NCBI GenBank assembly: GCA_963702005.1
Contig: OY969696.1
Location: forward strand, 2,880,001 to 2,944,000
DNA length: 64,000 nucleotides
Direction of reading: 5' to 3'
Source of the DNA: Candidatus Aminicenantes bacterium
GTDB taxonomy: Bacteria; Acidobacteriota; Aminicenantia; Aminicenantales; JAFGBC01
The notes beneath the pieces were generated by a model that made no database searches, had not been told where the DNA came from, and saw nothing but the letters and a program-made list of their open reading frames with translations. Shown one piece after another: positions 60,001 through 64,000 of the stretch. The stretch's first letter is position 1; each line of letters starts with the position of its first letter. A program made the position numbers and the translations under genes.

Positions 60001-62695
60001 GCCCTACGAACGGGCCAAGGCCTTGGTGACCGTGGAGCGGGAGCTCATCCTCGAAAGCAAGGTCCTCGAGATCAAGGGCAGCACGGCCGAGATTGAAATT
60101 CCGATCAAGCCCTCCTACATTCCCAACGTCTACGTCTCGGTCCTCCTCGTCCAGGGACGGACCTCCGATTCGGCCGCGTCGGAAAACCAGGACCTCGGCA
60201 AGCCCTCCTTCAAGATCGGCTATGCGACGCTCGAGATCAACCCGGCCGAGAAACGGCTCAAGGTCGAGCTCGTTCCCGATAAGACGGCCTACAAGCCCCG
60301 AGACAAAGTCGAGGTCCGCCTCAAGGTCCGGACGAATGACGGGCTTCCCGCCCCGGCCTCGCTGACCCTCATCGCCGCCGACGCCGGCGTCCTCAACCTC
60401 ATCGGCTATCGGGTCCCCGACCCCTTCGACGAGTTCTACGGCGACAAGCCCCTCTCGGTTCAAACCTCCGAGATCCGCCTCCACGTCGTCGGCCAGCGCG
60501 CCTACGGCGAGAAGGGCGAGGAGCCCGGCGGCGGCGGGGAACAGGCCGAAAAGGCCGCGCTGCCGCTGAATGAAGTCGAACTCCGGGGCGACTTCCGGTC
60601 CACGGCCTACTGGAACCCATCGATCACGACCGATGCTAATGGCGAAGCCCGGGCCGAGTTTACCCTCCCCGACAACCTAACGACCTTCCGACTCATGGCC
60701 ATCGCCCAGACACGCGACTCGACGTTCGGCCGTGCCGAGACGGACGTCAAGGTCGCCAAGCCCCTCCTTCTCCAGGCCGCCCTGCCGCGGTTCGTCCGCG
60801 TCGGAGACTCGTTCCAGGGAGGCGTCGTCGTCCACAACATGACGGGTCAAGCCGGCGAAGCGACCGTCGAGGTCCAGGCCGAGGGAATCGTCCTCGTCGA
60901 CAAAAAAGCCGTCCAGAAAACCTCCATCCCGAGCGGCGGATCGCAGGAAATCCTCTACCGCTTCGAAGCCCGAACGGCCGGCAAGGCCGTGTTCGGTTTC
61001 CGGGCTCAAATGGGCGCTGCGAGCGATGGGCTCGAGGCCGTCCTCCCCCTCAAGCCGCCGCGCGCCCCGGAGACCGTGGCCCTGTTCGACGAAGCGGCCC
61101 AAACCGCCGAGCAGAAAATCGCGATCCCCGACTTCGCGGCCGGACCGGAAAGCCGTCTCGACGTCCAGGCCTCGGGAACGGTCCTGTCCGGTCTCGCCGG
61201 GTGCGTGGACTATCTGACGAATTACCCCTATCTTTGCCTCGAACAGCGCTTGTCCTCGATCCTCCCCTACCTCGTCGCGGGCCCGCTCATCAAGGACTAC
61301 GGGCTCTCCAAGCTCGACGCCGACGGCATCCGCGACCACGTCCGCGGCCATCTCAAGGAGTTCGTCCGCTACCAGAAGGACGACGGCGGGTTCGGGCTCT
61401 GGCCGGAATCCCGGCGGTCCTCTCCGTTCGTCTCCTGCTACGCGGCCTTCGGACTCCTGGAAGCCCGCGAGTCCGGATACGAGATCGACGGCCAAGGGCT
61501 CGACCGCGTCCGCGATTATCTCAAGAGGCTCCTCCGCCAGAAGTTCGACCCCGAGCATTATTATTTCGATGCCATGGTCTGGAACACGATCCAGGCCTTC
61601 GCCCTTTACGACCTCGCCCTTCTCGGACAGCCCGAGCCGGCCTACGCCGAAAAGCTCTTCAACGACCAAGCCCGCCTCTCGACCTTCGGGAAGACGCTCC
61701 TCCTCAAAGCCCTCTATCGCGGACGGGGCGCCTGGTCCTCCCAGGAGGCGCTGGTCCGGGACCTCATGAATAGGGTCAAGCTGACTCCCTCCCAAGCCCA
61801 TTTCGAGGACGAGGAGGGCCGCGGCGGCGCCTGGATCTATACATCAACGACGCGGACGACGGCCCTCATCCTCCAGAGCCTTCTCGAGACCGGCCGGACC
61901 CATCCGCTAGCCGCTCCCGTCGCCCGCTGGCTGGTCGAGAAGGCCAAGATGAGCTCGCGGATCTCGACTCAGGACAACTTCTATCTTTTCTACGCCCTCA
62001 ACGATTACGCTCGGCGGTTTGAATCGACGGCGTCGGCCGTCCTCTTCAAGATCCGCCTCGCCGGAAAAACAATCCTCGAAGGCTCGTTCGAAGGACGGCG
62101 GACGTCCGCGGCCGCCGCGTCCTATCCGCTCTCCGAATTTCCCAAGGGAAAAACCCTCGGCCTCGAGGTTCACAATGAAGGCGGCGGCCCCGTCCACTAC
62201 GGCGTCCGGATGACCTACACCCCGGCGACCCCGTCCTCGCCCCGCGAAGAAGGGATGGCCGTCGCCAAGTCCATCCGGAGGCTCGACGGCAAGCCGCTGA
62301 CGGATATCCCGGGCGGGACGCTCGTCCTGGTCACGGTGGAGGTCGCGCTTCCCCAGGAAGCTCACTACATAGTCATCGACGATCCGCTCCCGGGCGGGCT
62401 CGAAGCCGTCAACCGGACCTTCCTGACCGAAAGCGAGGAGGACCAGCGGCGGCTCGAGGAAGGCGGCGAGGAAGACGTAGCGAGCCCTTGGTTCGCCTTC
62501 AACCACATCGAGCTGCGCGACGACCGCGTCCTTCTCTTCGCCGACTGGCTGCCGGCCGGCGTCCACCGCCATCGTTACTTGGCCCGGGCCCTGAGCTTCG
62601 GGACATTCCGGATGCCCGGGACCAAGGCCGTGGAGATGTACGCGCCCGAGGTGTTCGGCCGGAGCGGAGAGTCGGAGGTCCGCATCGTGAAATAA
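57023..62695 (+). CDS. Bacterial alpha-2-macroglobulin (lipoprotein)
   Basis: Lipobox IQAGC, ERGIYRAGE, LPDNLTTFR, YPYLCLEQ thioester motif, EMYAPE. Confidence 0.92.
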   Translation: MGKRTLGLFMIICVVSFAIQAGCKKKQKEEVRPLGPPVGDLRVLFQSPQGPTSAPHEAERIVVIFDRAMVPLEALSDLEPFSPLRLKPDIPGTVRWLGTKTLTFTPDKRFPFATEIKVTVPLGTRSLDNYALAADASWTFQTIRPRLASHYPEGDGTAVKLDAKVLLVFNQAVDASKARDFIDLSGLTPDEKTKSLGFSLDTASAELLKTENIQDAPSDVLVLEPDAALQPDLTYTVDLKEGLPSQEGPLGLAEPEAFRFETYKTFAWLGLGNDGDIPPNEPLRLQFTNPVGYKELVGKVRFEPELKIPDYYQEWDQANATLWMTLPLEPETAYKAMLAADIKDEFGNALGREVAFAFKSAPYTPYVSMTTGQGILEAYGELNYPIYAVNTPSVLFQAGRIGMEGVIPLLTSEKVFWQGENYAPSPGLFQVSRDLQLGLPKNQRRLIPLPVSELLPEKYGFVFIQLDTGSEDKWNRYPKAFLQVTGLGLTAKFSPDNDTIWVTDLKSGEPVPEAEVEIRDDGNVVRCRGRTGPDGKVTTPGWKALGIKVEDRWTKPQQWVFATRGKDSAFLSSEWGAGIDPYRFAIDYDWNPQPPEVQGSIFSERGIYRAGEPVHIKGIIRTREKGEWRLPKVRTVACEVQDPFQKTVKKADCPLDDFGSFSFDLETAEDAALGYYQVAVIVPRERPSGQETTISSSFRVEAFRPAEFEVHLRSARDSFVFGEDYDAEVRASYLFGGAMAGQKASWRLRLDRTSFAPPGFSGYVFGNEIEWEGDGEESPGSSRLLGSGEAVLDAQGTARVEIPLVPEKEKDSVLATLEATVQSPSRRSISNRIQTVVHRGEYYIGLKPATTFLKKGDPLGVDLIAAAPAGDLLPDKKISLKLIKREWRSVRKAGVGGRFSWISEKEDTTVEERALVTEKEPLRTEFKPEKSGLYYLEAAGTDGLKNAITTSTSFYVTGADYVPWERTDDDAIDIVPDRTSYDPGATARILVKSPYERAKALVTVERELILESKVLEIKGSTAEIEIPIKPSYIPNVYVSVLLVQGRTSDSAASENQDLGKPSFKIGYATLEINPAEKRLKVELVPDKTAYKPRDKVEVRLKVRTNDGLPAPASLTLIAADAGVLNLIGYRVPDPFDEFYGDKPLSVQTSEIRLHVVGQRAYGEKGEEPGGGGEQAEKAALPLNEVELRGDFRSTAYWNPSITTDANGEARAEFTLPDNLTTFRLMAIAQTRDSTFGRAETDVKVAKPLLLQAALPRFVRVGDSFQGGVVVHNMTGQAGEATVEVQAEGIVLVDKKAVQKTSIPSGGSQEILYRFEARTAGKAVFGFRAQMGAASDGLEAVLPLKPPRAPETVALFDEAAQTAEQKIAIPDFAAGPESRLDVQASGTVLSGLAGCVDYLTNYPYLCLEQRLSSILPYLVAGPLIKDYGLSKLDADGIRDHVRGHLKEFVRYQKDDGGFGLWPESRRSSPFVSCYAAFGLLEARESGYEIDGQGLDRVRDYLKRLLRQKFDPEHYYFDAMVWNTIQAFALYDLALLGQPEPAYAEKLFNDQARLSTFGKTLLLKALYRGRGAWSSQEALVRDLMNRVKLTPSQAHFEDEEGRGGAWIYTSTTRTTALILQSLLETGRTHPLAAPVARWLVEKAKMSSRISTQDNFYLFYALNDYARRFESTASAVLFKIRLAGKTILEGSFEGRRTSAAAASYPLSEFPKGKTLGLEVHNEGGGPVHYGVRMTYTPATPSSPREEGMAVAKSIRRLDGKPLTDIPGGTLVLVTVEVALPQEAHYIVIDDPLPGGLEAVNRTFLTESEEDQRRLEEGGEEDVASPWFAFNHIELRDDRVLLFADWLPAGVHRHRYLARALSFGTFRMPGTKAVEMYAPEVFGRSGESEVRIVK

Positions 62696-62702
62696 TCGGG
62701 TC

Positions 62703-64000
62703 ATGCGACGCTCGAAAAAGATCATTGCCCTGGCCGCCGTGGCGACGCCGGCCCTCGTCCTCGCCTCCGTCTACCTCCCCTTTCCCAAAGGCCGCCTCGA
62801 CCCCGCCCCGGTCGTGTCCCTGCGCATCGAAGACCGGAACGGCCTCCTTCTCCGCGAGGTCCTGTCCGACGAAGGCGGACGCTGCCGCTGGCTGGGCGGC
62901 AAGGACATCTCCCCCTTTCTCCTCAAAGCGACCGTGGCCGCCGAGGACCGCGGCTTCTTCATTCATCGGGGAATCGCGCCTCTCTCCATGCTCCGTGCTC
63001 TCGTCCAGAACACCCGCTACGGCCGCGTCGTTTCGGGCGCATCGACGATCACGCAGCAGCTTGTCCGGAATCTCGTCCGCGGCCGGAGGAGCGTCCCGGT
63101 CAAGCTCAAGGAGGCCTGGCTCGCCCTCCGGCTCGAAAACACGCTTTCGAAGGAGGCGATTCTCCTTCAATACCTCAACCGCATCTGCTATGGAAACCAG
63201 GCGTACGGCGCGGAGGCCGCGGCGCGTCTCTACTTCGATAAGCCCGCCTCCGACCTCAGCCCGGCCGAATCGGCCTTGCTCGCCGTCATCCCCCGCTCTC
63301 CGGCCGCCCTCGATCCGTTCCGTCGCCCCGCCGAGGTCAAGGCCCGCCAGGAGCGTCTCCTCGACGATATGGCCGGACTCGGGCTCATTTCGAGGGAGGA
63401 ACGGGACAGGGCCCGGCGCGAGCCCCTTCTTGTCCGTGCCGGGCCGGAAGCTTGGCGCGCCCCTCATTTCTGCGACCATGTCCTGGCCGCGCTCCCGGAC
63501 CGGGTCCGGCGCGAAGCCAAGACGGTCCGGACGACCCTCGACCTCGTCCTCCAGACCAAGGTCGAAAAACTCCTGCGGGGTCAGATCCATGCGCTCGAGT
63601 CGCGCGGGGCCTCGAACGGCGCCGCCGTCGTCATCGACAACCAAACGGGTGACATCCTCGCCTGGGCGGGCTCCAGCGACTACTGGGACGATCGGCACGA
63701 CGGACAGGTCAACGGCGTCCTTGCCCTGCGCCAGCCCGGTTCCACCCTCAAGCCGTTCACCTACGCCCTGGCGCTCGAACGGGGTATGACGGCCGCGACG
63801 CTCATCGAGGACGCCGCCCTGGAGTTCGAGACGCCGGGCGGATTCTTCCGGCCCCGGAATTTCGACGGGACGTACCACGGCCGCGTCCGCCTCCGGACCG
63901 CTCTCGCCTGCTCCTACAACATACCTGCCGTCTCGGTCCTCCAATCCGTAGGTCCCGACCTCCTCTACCGGCGCCTCAAGTCGCTCGGCTTTGACAGCCT
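62703..64000 (+). CDS. pbpC: Penicillin-binding protein 1C, 3'-partial (not in the ORF track)
   Basis: AAEDRGFF.H.G, SGASTITQQL, YLNRICYGN, RQPGSTLKPF, SYN; follows the A2M gene. Confidence 0.9.
   Translation, partial: MRRSKKIIALAAVATPALVLASVYLPFPKGRLDPAPVVSLRIEDRNGLLLREVLSDEGGRCRWLGGKDISPFLLKATVAAEDRGFFIHRGIAPLSMLRALVQNTRYGRVVSGASTITQQLVRNLVRGRRSVPVKLKEAWLALRLENTLSKEAILLQYLNRICYGNQAYGAEAAARLYFDKPASDLSPAESALLAVIPRSPAALDPFRRPAEVKARQERLLDDMAGLGLISREERDRARREPLLVRAGPEAWRAPHFCDHVLAALPDRVRREAKTVRTTLDLVLQTKVEKLLRGQIHALESRGASNGAAVVIDNQTGDILAWAGSSDYWDDRHDGQVNGVLALRQPGSTLKPFTYALALERGMTAATLIEDAALEFETPGGFFRPRNFDGTYHGRVRLRTALACSYNIPAVSVLQSVGPDLLYRRLKSLGFDS

Overview
GC-rich bacterial chromosomal segment. 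Gene content (secreted beta-propellers, TPR-sulfatase, PKD protein, many peptidases) suggests Candidatus Aminicenantes/Acidobacteriota; this is inference only. Most of it is housekeeping or secreted-hydrolase DNA: LOG, rlpA, glycosylasparaginase, GH63-like, penicillin acylase, GH42, serA, iscS, asnS-rimO-pgpA-cinA-thpR-plsY-gpsA, metK-ahcY, ftcD, znuABC, pepD and alpha-2-macroglobulin-pbpC. The first accessory zone (~17.85-24.2 kb) holds IS3 and IS91-like remnants around a tandem array of secreted 8-repeat SBBP beta-propeller genes. These have a near-constant framework, hypervariable loops, apparently shuffled repeats, and a repeated promoter unit broken at the same CCGGCCG core at both ends of the array. 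The second zone (43.7-45.45 kb) is an intact DDE transposase with paired subterminal repeats next to a structured non-coding stretch. Other leads are a self-promoted operon of an orphan gene plus a ComEC-like MBL hydrolase, an M16 peptidase pair in which neither subunit has HxxEH, and a shared non-coding element upstream of iscS and metK. Several single-base frameshifts at short G/C runs (including in ahcY and znuC) point to long-read indel errors. No rRNA, tRNA or CRISPR array was seen.
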